The notes: a model not told the origin generated them from the sequence alone. DNA of 15,719 nt from Candidatus Zixiibacteriota bacterium (GCA_040235515.1 JBECKX010000109.1:1-15719); one strand, 5' to 3'. Counted from the first letter of the stretch, positions 7,624-15,393 are shown. Translations and numbers: made by a program.

Positions 7624-9095
7624 CCAAACGACGCATCCCTACCAAGCGGGAGCTTCAACAACTGCAGAAGCTCTACCGCACCGATAAGAAAATCGGCCAG
7701 GCGCTCGGCGGCGTATCGGAACAACTGGTGGCCTATTGGCGGCGCAAGAAGGGGATCGCGCCCGCGAAGTTTCCCAAATACACTCAGCAGGAAGTGCGAG
7801 ACCTCTGGGAGCGCTTCGGCGATGATGAGAAGGCCGGCCAACAACTAGGGATCACCAAACAGGCCTTCTATCGCTGGCGGAAGAAGTACAACCTGCTTGA
7901 GAAACCGACGATCCTGAAGCTTGAGCAGCTTGAACTCAAATTCTTCGATGAGCAACGCCTCAACCGCACCGGCAGCAACGATCAACCGGCGCAGACCTTC
8001 TTTCAGAAGATTCTCGCCCACCGCTGTGGACAGGCTTTTGTCGCGGTAAGTGACGAAATCGAAGTCCCGATTGACTATGTCCTCAGCATCTCTCCCGCCG
8101 GGATCACGCTCACACCACCCGGTTCCCCGGAGAGTGACAGCAACTCCAACGGCATGCAGCGGACTTTCGATACCTTCGTCGAAATGTTCCATGACGGCTA
8201 CTTCCAGCCGGGGCGGGTGATCATCGCCGATACCGTGGCGGCATCCGCGTTCGCAGTGACCTCTTCATACGTAAAAATATTCGATGCTTCCACAGCAGGC
8301 GCGCTGCGCAAGGGCAACAAGCTATCTGTGGATGTGACCCCCACGGTGAAAGCTATCCTGCCGGCGCTTCCCGCGAGTCGTCGAGCCGCTTTCGATTCCG
8401 CTGTCGCGATCAGCCAGGAACTTGAAAAATATCAGGACAAGCCCTTCAGTGTTGAGATCGCCGGCGCCGGACTCGACCGGATGAATCTGGAAGACCGCAT
8501 GGCGCTGCTCAGCTATGCTTCACTCTTCACCGGGCGCGCCGTGGCGCTCGAGCCTGATCAGGTATACTTGAACTTCCTCAAGACCTACGCGGATCGGCAG
8601 GGGCCAGTACCCTTCTCAGATAAAGCAGTCTACTATCTCGATGAGATCACCGCCCACGTCGATCCCAAACCGGCCATGTTCGACATCGGACGCCGCTGCT
8701 TCATCAGTGGCGCTTCCCACTTCGGCAAGTCCCATCTGAAACGAGTCCGCATCGGTCCGCTTATCTCCGGCTCCGCGGAAGATCTGCATATACTCGCTTC
8801 CGCCCTCAAGCACACTCAGATCCCGGACACGGTCGAGTTGCTGGTAGTGCCATCAGATCGGCAGGCGTATGCCGACGCCCTCAAGCGCCGCTACATTCAC
8901 CGGATTGTTGAAGCGGGGGGCAGGGTGGGTAATGTCGTCAGCTTACCGAAATCGGCTCCGCTGCTGAGGAATGAGTTTGAGCTGACAACGGAATTGTACC
9001 ACACCGGCGATTGGAGCTGTGTGGCATCGATCGAAACGATCGCCCGCGTGCTACAGGAAGGAAAAGTCACGCGCGCCTGCTTCGACCTCAGCTAG
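7620..9095 (+). CDS. Tandem helix-turn-helix protein fused to a degenerate LeuC/HacA (aconitase family large subunit) domain
   Basis: GTG start overlapping the HIT stop (GTGA). Two ~40-aa HTH-like repeats in aa 7-92. From aa 125, segments match the LeuC/HacA order (QTFFQKILA; EIAGAGLDRMNLEDRMAL; EDLHILASALK...VELLVVPS...IVEAGG). Confidence 0.78.
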   Translation: MTKRRIPTKRELQQLQKLYRTDKKIGQALGGVSEQLVAYWRRKKGIAPAKFPKYTQQEVRDLWERFGDDEKAGQQLGITKQAFYRWRKKYNLLEKPTILKLEQLELKFFDEQRLNRTGSNDQPAQTFFQKILAHRCGQAFVAVSDEIEVPIDYVLSISPAGITLTPPGSPESDSNSNGMQRTFDTFVEMFHDGYFQPGRVIIADTVAASAFAVTSSYVKIFDASTAGALRKGNKLSVDVTPTVKAILPALPASRRAAFDSAVAISQELEKYQDKPFSVEIAGAGLDRMNLEDRMALLSYASLFTGRAVALEPDQVYLNFLKTYADRQGPVPFSDKAVYYLDEITAHVDPKPAMFDIGRRCFISGASHFGKSHLKRVRIGPLISGSAEDLHILASALKHTQIPDTVELLVVPSDRQAYADALKRRYIHRIVEAGGRVGNVVSLPKSAPLLRNEFELTTELYHTGDWSCVASIETIARVLQEGKVTRACFDLS

Positions 9096-9107
9096 CGGCC
9101 AAATCCC

Positions 9108-9848
9108 TCAGGCAGGACCATCCACCGCAGGAGCATGGTGCAGCGTGAAGCCCGCGCCATCCCAGCTTACCGCCGTAAAATGCTTCAGCCAATCACCGCA
9201 ATTGACGTAAATGCCTGATTCGAATTCCTTGATCTCGGGATGGTGGAGATGACCGCAGATCACGGCGCTGTAACCCGCGGAGTGCTGCCGGCGGGCATAT
9301 TCGTAGTATTCCTCCAGGAAATTCTGCGGCGGAGTCTGTGCGCCATACTCGCGTGAATCGTGTGAAACCCGCCGCGCCACTCCATACGCCAGGCCCGGAG
9401 GGAGCAGTTTGTAGAGCGCTATATTGATGCGATTGCGCAGCACGCGTTTCAAAATACGATACTTCCAGTCAGATGGCGCGACTCCATCACCATGAATCAC
9501 CAGGACCTTCTGACCGTCGTTGTCCAGCTCCATTTGATCCCGATAGATCTCAAACCCCATTTGATCAGTCATAAAATCGCCGATCCAGAAGTCATGGTTG
9601 CCGCAGACGTAGGATATCTTCACCCCCCGCTCAGCGAACTCCCTCAACCGAAACAAGATATCGAGGTTCCGTTTTGGAACCAGGTCGCGGTACTCGAACC
9701 AGAAATCGAACAGGTCCCCCAGAATCACCAGGTGCTGCAATGCAGATCCTTGAGCTTGCAGAAATGAAGTCAGCCGCTCGCAGGTAGCGTGTTCGATCTT
9801 TGGATCGCGTGCACCAAAATGAAAATCGGAGACAAAGTAAGTTGCCAT
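9108..9848 (-). CDS. lpxH: UDP-2,3-diacylglucosamine diphosphatase-like (LpxH family) calcineurin-like phosphoesterase
   Basis: Intact motifs VSDFHFG, LGDLFDFWFEY, GNHDF, IHGDG, GHLHHP and NCGDW; start at ATG 9848 (MATYF) rather than 10001. Confidence 0.8.
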   Translation of the reverse strand: MATYFVSDFHFGARDPKIEHATCERLTSFLQAQGSALQHLVILGDLFDFWFEYRDLVPKRNLDILFRLREFAERGVKISYVCGNHDFWIGDFMTDQMGFEIYRDQMELDNDGQKVLVIHGDGVAPSDWKYRILKRVLRNRINIALYKLLPPGLAYGVARRVSHDSREYGAQTPPQNFLEEYYEYARRQHSAGYSAVICGHLHHPEIKEFESGIYVNCGDWLKHFTAVSWDGAGFTLHHAPAVDGPA

Positions 9849-9855
9849 CCTCGCG

Positions 9856-9883
9856 AATCTACCCCAAAGGACCGATTTGGCAA
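9856..9883 (-). promoter_or_regulatory. Putative sigma70-type promoter of the lpxH-like gene (TTGCCA-N16-TAGATT)
   Basis: Minus-strand TTGCCA at 9883-9878 and TAGATT at 9861-9856, ending 7 nt before ATG 9848. Confidence 0.55.
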
Positions 9884-10096
9884 AGTCAAAACTGCGCTTT
9901 GAGGGCTCGCGGAGAGGGCAAAAAAAAGTACAGATTTTGCTACAAAATTGCTCCGTGAGAGTTAAGCAAACATGTGCAAGTCCGATAACATTAAGTGACA
10001 CAAACTTGTAAGAGCAAATTCAATGGAAGGTGCTTACCAAGACTTCAGGACGAAGTAACCGTAACTTTCATTTTCGCATTGCGAAAGGAGCAACGA

Positions 10097-10387
10097 ATGA
10101 ATCGCAGGAGAAGAACTTCCTCAGCCCGTAAGAGCAGACGCTCAACGATGAGCACCCGCTCACGCGCCCGCAAGACGACCACCCGTCGTTTTTCCGGCAA
10201 CAGCACCAACAAAGTTTGGACCCGGTCTGAGATCGCCACTCTGCGCAAGATCTATCGCACCAACTCAAACATGGATATCGCCAAGAAGCTTGGCCGTTCC
10301 GAAGGTTCGGTCCAGTACAAGGCTTCCAGTCTGGGTCTGCGCAAGAGCGCTAGCTACCTGAAGCAGATTCGTAACAACTGGTCGTAA
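10097..10387 (+). CDS. Small highly basic protein: Arg/Ser/Thr-rich N-terminal tail plus Myb/GcrA-like HTH
   Basis: Strong SD AAGGAG at 10085-10090; 96 aa; HTH pattern WTRSEIATLRKIY...DIAKKLGRSEGSVQYKASSLGL; followed by an intrinsic terminator. Confidence 0.85.
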   Translation: MNRRRRTSSARKSRRSTMSTRSRARKTTTRRFSGNSTNKVWTRSEIATLRKIYRTNSNMDIAKKLGRSEGSVQYKASSLGLRKSASYLKQIRNNWS

Positions 10388-10415
10388 GATCGTTACGAAG
10401 CTTTATCGAAAGCTG

Positions 10416-10444
10416 AACGGCGGCAGTAATGCCGCCGTTTTTTT
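10416..10444 (+). terminator. Rho-independent terminator
   Basis: AACGGCGGCA-GTAA-TGCCGCCGTT perfect 10-bp stem with a GNRA loop, running into a T tract. Confidence 0.92.
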
Positions 10445-10551
10445 ATTGGGGGAATCACCCACTTACCGATATACTGCGACCGCTGATTTCAGCCGGTAAC
10501 TCCAAACCGGCGCTCGACTCAAACACAAATCCGAGGCGTGACCGGTCTACG

Positions 10552-11862
10552 ATGCGATTCCTCGACTCAACCGTCAGAGTATTCATTGCCCAGACTCTCA
10601 GCCTGGTTGGAGCGCTCCTGGTCAGCGTTGCCATCAGCCGCGTCCTTGGCGCCGAGGGTAAGGGGCTGGTCGCCCTGATTCTGGCAACCGCCGAAATCCT
10701 CTATTGCCTCTCGCACCTCGGTCACGGATTCTCGGTTCAGTATTTCCTCGGGAAAAAACGTGGTGAACCGCGCACGCTGCTGGCAAATCAGCTGGTCTTT
10801 CCGCCGGCGATGGCACTGCTGGTCGCCGTGGTCTTCGTGGCGGCATATCCGTACCTGATCGGCCTCCTGCAGGACACCCCCCTGGCTGAGATGTATCCGG
10901 CAGCGTTGCTCCTGATCGTCTATATGTTTTTCCAACCCTGCTGCCAGTACCTGGTTGGCCGTGGACGTGTCTCGGAGTTCGCCAACTATACGATTCTGAA
11001 AAGCCTGCTCACTCTAATCTTCGTCGCGATCGTGCTCTTCGCCTGGATTCCATCGGTCGAACATGTGATGTGGGGATATATCGCCGCGTTGGTGATCGTT
11101 GATGCCCTTTCGATTCGCGCCTGCTTCAAGACGATTTCCGGTGAACCGCTTAAACCATCCCTGGCGCAACTGCGCGAGACTCTCGGTTACAGCTTCTGGA
11201 TCTATGCCAGTAGCCTGATTCGGGAACTTGCCAAACGGGTCGACCTGGTCATGGTCTTCGCGATCCAGGGTGTCGGGCTGGCCGGCGTCTACTCTGTGGC
11301 TTCTAACCTCACCGCCCCCCTCGTGATCATCCCGCAAGCGGTACAAACAGTCTTCTTCCCGATCACTTCAAGCCAGAGTTCAGAAGAGGCAGCCGTCACC
11401 ACCCCGCAGTATCACCGCCAGATGATCCTGGTACTGCTGGCAGCCGCTGCAGTAGTCGCGATCTTTTCCCGCCCCGTCCTCGCCCTCTTCGGGCCGGAAT
11501 TTCTGGAAGGCCAGGTGCCGCTGTTGATTCTGCTCGGCATGGCGATCTTCCGCGGGCTTACCGGAATCGTGTCGCTGCATATTCTCGGACGCGGCAAGGC
11601 CTACACCGTAACTGTCATGACAATCCTCGTGCTGACGGTTGCCGTCGTTTTAAATGCCATCCTGATACCGCGCTACGGCACGATCGGAGCAGCCGTCGCC
11701 GCCACCGGCGCCGAGTTGGTTCACTATGTCGCGTGGATTGTTCTTTATAAGGTCGTGGCCAAAGGTGACGTGGGCGCGCTCTTTGCGATCTCGGTCGCCG
11801 ACCTGAAATTGACACTCACCGAAGGCATCAATTATCTCAGGCGCTTCCTGAAAAAGGACTAG
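10552..11862 (+). CDS. Wzx-like oligosaccharide flippase (MOP superfamily)
   Basis: Many hydrophobic helices; ISRVLGAEGKG, AGVYSVA, VFFP, LFGPEF and LNAILIPRYGTIGAAVA motifs; start uncertain, ATG 10552 preferred because 10429 lies inside the terminator. Confidence 0.87.
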   Translation: MRFLDSTVRVFIAQTLSLVGALLVSVAISRVLGAEGKGLVALILATAEILYCLSHLGHGFSVQYFLGKKRGEPRTLLANQLVFPPAMALLVAVVFVAAYPYLIGLLQDTPLAEMYPAALLLIVYMFFQPCCQYLVGRGRVSEFANYTILKSLLTLIFVAIVLFAWIPSVEHVMWGYIAALVIVDALSIRACFKTISGEPLKPSLAQLRETLGYSFWIYASSLIRELAKRVDLVMVFAIQGVGLAGVYSVASNLTAPLVIIPQAVQTVFFPITSSQSSEEAAVTTPQYHRQMILVLLAAAAVVAIFSRPVLALFGPEFLEGQVPLLILLGMAIFRGLTGIVSLHILGRGKAYTVTVMTILVLTVAVVLNAILIPRYGTIGAAVAATGAELVHYVAWIVLYKVVAKGDVGALFAISVADLKLTLTEGINYLRRFLKKD

Positions 11863-12806
11863 AGGTCTTCCGCCTCGTAGGAGCTGAACACCTCAATCGC
11901 GTGTTTCTCGATCTCGTAGATTTCCTGCAACTTCTCCGGCGCCCCCTTGACCGACCCTTCTTTAGCCGCAGTTGCGATTTCACTCCAGAGCGTCGCAGAT
12001 TTCTCGTAGAGTCCGCTGGCCAATTCATAGATCGTACGTGAGTACGCTTGCGCGGATTGATCAAGAAACTCCGCGAACATCTTCCGTGACAAGCCACCTC
12101 CGGTCCCCGCCTTCTCAATCTGCTGATACAGCATCGCCGGGTCCTTGTAGTCCCCGAGGTGGTCACGCAACTCGAAAATCAGCTCGAGGTCATATCCGGG
12201 GTCCTGCCGCTCGAATTTGGAGTAGACATTGTAGAGCGCCTTGGTAACGGTTTCCTCGACGAATGGCCGTTCCCGCACCTTCTCGATCCGCCAGCGTCTC
12301 CGGTTCGGTTCGTAAGGCGGGTATGCGCTCTTACGCGCTTCGGCAAAGCAGGATATCGGGCATTCCCGGATTTTGCGGAAGCCGGTGTCGGCCAGGAATA
12401 CGTTCTCCTCATCATAGCCGACCGGAATCACCCGGTGCCCGGCAAAATGGGTTCTTGACTTGAAATAGGGGAGATGCTTGAGGTCAACCTGGCAGATGAT
12501 CGGAATCTGCTTGTCGATATGTTCGCGCAGGTCCTCCCAGGCCACCTCGTCATTGTCGAATTCTGTTACCTGGAAGCTGAGATGGAGGTTGCGGCAGAAT
12601 GAATCGAGCATCCTGCTGCCAGACCCGCCCAGGTAGGGATAATCGAGTCCCTCGATGCGACGAAACGTAAATCCGATTCCCTCCGCCAGACCGAAAATCA
12701 TCGCCTCGCGGTATCTATATCCGTAGAAATTCAGTATATTCCGGATCGCCGTTGTGACGCAGTTATTGCCCGGCAGGTGGGTGAAGTTTTCTATTCTGCT
12801 TTTCAT
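11859..12806 (-). CDS. BtrH N-terminal / DUF4872-like protein (papain-like Cys-His fold)
   Basis: NCVTTAIRNIL near the N-terminus, EAMIFGLAEGIGF, VDLKHLPY, HFAGHRVIPVGYD, GTGGGLSRKMFAEFL; stop overlaps the flippase stop (CTAG). Confidence 0.75.
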   Translation of the reverse strand: MKSRIENFTHLPGNNCVTTAIRNILNFYGYRYREAMIFGLAEGIGFTFRRIEGLDYPYLGGSGSRMLDSFCRNLHLSFQVTEFDNDEVAWEDLREHIDKQIPIICQVDLKHLPYFKSRTHFAGHRVIPVGYDEENVFLADTGFRKIRECPISCFAEARKSAYPPYEPNRRRWRIEKVRERPFVEETVTKALYNVYSKFERQDPGYDLELIFELRDHLGDYKDPAMLYQQIEKAGTGGGLSRKMFAEFLDQSAQAYSRTIYELASGLYEKSATLWSEIATAAKEGSVKGAPEKLQEIYEIEKHAIEVFSSYEAEDL

Positions 12807-13028
12807 CTGCAATTCATCATTTTCGTCGGGTGATCACCAAGTTCTATTCACACGTCGCGGGCAAGATAAGTATTTGAATTATTCGGTAAAGTCGCAATTT
12901 ACGCGGCAACAACATTGAGGATATTCGGTTAGATTCTGAAGGAAGAATCGACGGCGCGTCGCTGAATCGCCAAATCGGCGCGCGCAGATAATCTGCGATC
13001 AAGATCGCAAAGGAGATTTCGCAATAGT

Positions 13029-14033
13029 ATGGCAGACCATCTTGTTACTCTCATAGAAGGGGACGGCATCGGCCCCGAAATCAGCAGAGCCACGATCAGG
13101 ATCATCGACGCCACCGGGGTGGAGGTGGAATGGGAACGCCTCCCCGCAGGCATCAACGCAATCCCCGACTACGGCTCACCGGTGCCGGATCAGTTGCTTG
13201 AGTCGATCAAGCGCAATAAAGTAGCCCTCAAAGGCCCGCTGACGACATTCGTCGCCAAAGGTTTTTCCTCCGCCAATGTCGGCTTGCGCAAGGCGCTCGA
13301 CCTCTACGCCAACCTGCGCCCCGTCCATTCGATTGAGGGTGTCAAATCTCGTTACGAGGACGTTGACCTGATCATCGTGCGCGAAAACACCGAGGATCTC
13401 TACGCCGGTCTCGAACACCTGATCGCCCCCGGCGTCTCCGAATCGATCAAAGTGATCACGCATCACGCGTCGACCCGTATCGGCAAGTTTGCCTTTGAGT
13501 ACGCCCGTAAGCATGGCCGCAAGAAAGTTACAGCGGTGCACAAGGCCAACATCATGAAGCTCTCCGACGGCATGTTCCTCGATTCGATCGCCAAGGTTGC
13601 CGAGGAGTATCCCGACATAAAATTCGACGATGTCATAGTTGATGCGCTCGCGATGAAGATGGTGATCAATCCGAACCAGTTCGATATCCTCGTGCTCTCG
13701 AATCTTTATGGCGATATCATCTCCGATCTCGCCGCCGGATTGGTGGGGGGGCTCGGAATGGTGCCCGGCGCCAATATCGGCGAGGGCTGCGCTGTGTTCG
13801 AGGCAGTGCATGGTTCCGCGCCCGACATCGCGGGCAAAGGGATCGCCAATCCTTCGGCGCTCCTCTTCTCAGGAGTCTTGATGCTGCGTCATCTTGGTGA
13901 AGACCAGGCAGCCGACCGTGTGATGCGTGCTGTGGAGAGGGTTTACCGCGAGGGTAAAGTCCTCACGGGTGACCTCGGCGGCACCGCCACCACCGAACAA
14001 TTCGCGGATGAGGTGATCCGGCAAATGGGGTAG
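13029..14033 (+). CDS. Isocitrate/isopropylmalate dehydrogenase family enzyme, probably NAD-dependent isocitrate dehydrogenase
   Basis: IEGDGIGPEI, LKGPLTT, SANVGLRK (isocitrate-type Ser-x-Asn), RENTEDLY, VHKANIMK, NLYGDIISDL, HGSAPDIAG (Asp-Ile indicates NAD preference); SD AAGGAG at 13010-13015. Confidence 0.88.
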   Translation: MADHLVTLIEGDGIGPEISRATIRIIDATGVEVEWERLPAGINAIPDYGSPVPDQLLESIKRNKVALKGPLTTFVAKGFSSANVGLRKALDLYANLRPVHSIEGVKSRYEDVDLIIVRENTEDLYAGLEHLIAPGVSESIKVITHHASTRIGKFAFEYARKHGRKKVTAVHKANIMKLSDGMFLDSIAKVAEEYPDIKFDDVIVDALAMKMVINPNQFDILVLSNLYGDIISDLAAGLVGGLGMVPGANIGEGCAVFEAVHGSAPDIAGKGIANPSALLFSGVLMLRHLGEDQAADRVMRAVERVYREGKVLTGDLGGTATTEQFADEVIRQMG

Positions 14034-14158
14034 CAGGGGGCGTTGCACGGACCGTCCTATACTCACGTCCTTAAAGAAGGGGATGGTGCTCTGACCCGAA
14101 TGGTGTCGGATGATGCCTTCGGAATTGATGCACCGGGCTCACATGGAAGGGAGGAACC

Positions 14159-14956
14159 ATGAAAAGGACAGCTACATTTACAGCAGCGAGTTTACTCTTG
14201 TCGCTGCTAGTCAATCTATCGGCACTTGGTCAGATCAGCCGAGTTGAACACAAAGAAGTGTACTGCAGCCCTGCCGATCCCAACATCGACTCACTATTCA
14301 ACTTTGCATGCTTCTGGGAATCAAGAAAGAACTTTGATGAGGCCGCCAACCTCTACCGAATCATCATAATGGTCGATTCGAGTTTCTGCGACGCATACGA
14401 CAACCTTGGCAGGATCTACAGGATGCGGGGCGAGTACGACTCGGCTATTACACTCTACGAGATGTCTCTTCAACTCCTGCCAACCAACGGCGTGGCGCTG
14501 CAGAACCTCGGCGTGGTCCATACACTAACGGGAAACTTTCTCGCCGCGGACACCTTGTACCAGAAGCTTGTCGATCTTTATCCAGAGGATGCAGAGGGTT
14601 ACTACGGGAGGGGAAAGGTTCGCCTGGCACTTGGGGATGCGGCAGGTGCAATTCCATTGTTTGAGCGGGCCGCCGATATCTATGGCAAGGCTCAATCCAC
14701 CTGGCTGGCAGATGTCTATCTGTTTTTGGGCATGGCTCATCTCAATCATCGAGATTTTGTTGCATGCAAGCACTACTTCGAACTCGCTGCTCCCGACCTC
14801 GACACCATTCCTTTTTTCCAGTTCGGGCGCGCGCGGGTCTACTTGATGCAGGATACTCCGGACAAAGATAGTGCGATGATTTTCATTAATCGCGCCGAGG
14901 AATTAGGTGGCTCAATTCCCGACGATATTCAGATGATGCTCTCTGAGCTGGAGTAG
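14159..14956 (+). CDS. Exported tetratricopeptide repeat protein
   Basis: SD GGAGG; signal peptide MKRTATFTAASLLLSLLVNLSALG; TPR units such as AYDNLGRIYRMRGEYDSAITLYEMSLQLLP, ALQNLGVVH and GYYGRGKVRLALGD. Confidence 0.85.
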   Translation: MKRTATFTAASLLLSLLVNLSALGQISRVEHKEVYCSPADPNIDSLFNFACFWESRKNFDEAANLYRIIIMVDSSFCDAYDNLGRIYRMRGEYDSAITLYEMSLQLLPTNGVALQNLGVVHTLTGNFLAADTLYQKLVDLYPEDAEGYYGRGKVRLALGDAAGAIPLFERAADIYGKAQSTWLADVYLFLGMAHLNHRDFVACKHYFELAAPDLDTIPFFQFGRARVYLMQDTPDKDSAMIFINRAEELGGSIPDDIQMMLSELE

Positions 14957-15081
14957 ATCGAGTGGATATCAAGTAATGCGCTTGAGGCGAATCGCCATAG
15001 GCAGTAGGCCAGGAACCCTGGCGGTTCCGACGCAGAGTTGTCAAGCCCCAAGAGGGCTTGATCTACGGAGTCGCTCAATTT

Positions 15082-15137
15082 CCCCTCTCGAGAGGGGTGG
15101 CTCATCCCGATCTTGATCGGGATGAGACGGAGTGTGT
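15082..15137. repeat. REP-like palindromic element (16-bp perfect palindrome plus 12-bp hairpin)
   Basis: CCCCTCTCGAGAGGGG at 15082-15097; CTCATCCCGATC-TT-GATCGGGATGAG at 15101-15126; tail GACGGAGTGTGT. Confidence 0.7.
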
Positions 15138-15192
15138 ATCAGTTGCCCGACAAGCACCATTAACGTTTCCCCAACCGGTCGCTCGTGAAACT

Positions 15193-15328
15193 GTCTTCGC
15201 GAGGAGTGTCCCTCCCGCCTCGGCGGGAGCCAAACGACGTGGCGATCTCACTGCTTGAGCTTCGCCCCGGTGACGAGATTGCCACGCTCCCATCTCCACC
15301 TGAGGCGGAGTTAGTCACTCGCAATGAC
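15193..15328. repeat. 136-bp nested inverted-repeat (REP/MITE-like) element
   Basis: Outer arms GTCTTCGCGAG / CTCGCAATGAC (2 mismatches); inner arms CGTGGCGATCTC (15238-15249) / GAGATTGCCACG (15275-15286) (1 mismatch); internal hairpin CTCCCGCC-TC-GGCGGGAG. Confidence 0.7.
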
Positions 15329-15370
15329 CATTGATCCAGCATTTATGCCTGCATGCAAGCCGCAACCACG

Positions 15371-15393
15371 TCCCTCTCAAGACGGGGTGTGTG
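15371..15393. repeat. Truncated, degenerate copy of the 15082-15137 element
   Basis: TCCCTCTCAAGACGGGGTGTGT joins a head like CCCTCTCGAGA to a tail like AGACGGAGTGTGT. Confidence 0.45.

Noticed and set aside
3776..9095. One four-gene system joining the pseudonuclease/SMC pair with HIT and the HTH-LeuC-like fusion
   Set aside because: A 111-bp gap with a GC-rich hairpin and a near-consensus promoter (7099-7127) separates the two pairs; nothing in the sequence links them functionally.
7620..14033. LeuC-like gene plus decarboxylating dehydrogenase as a leucine or lysine biosynthesis cluster
   Set aside because: The LeuC-like domain lacks Fe-S ligands, no small subunit or synthase is present, the genes are about 4 kb apart in different units, and the dehydrogenase has isocitrate-type motifs.
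14030..14158. Possible promoter (TTGCAC...TATACT) or repeat remnant after the dehydrogenase gene
   Set aside because: The hexamers are only 9 bp apart and the palindromes are too weak to support a call.
15082..15393. CRISPR array or tRNA in the palindrome cluster
   Set aside because: No regularly spaced direct repeats with spacers and no cloverleaf or T-loop consensus.
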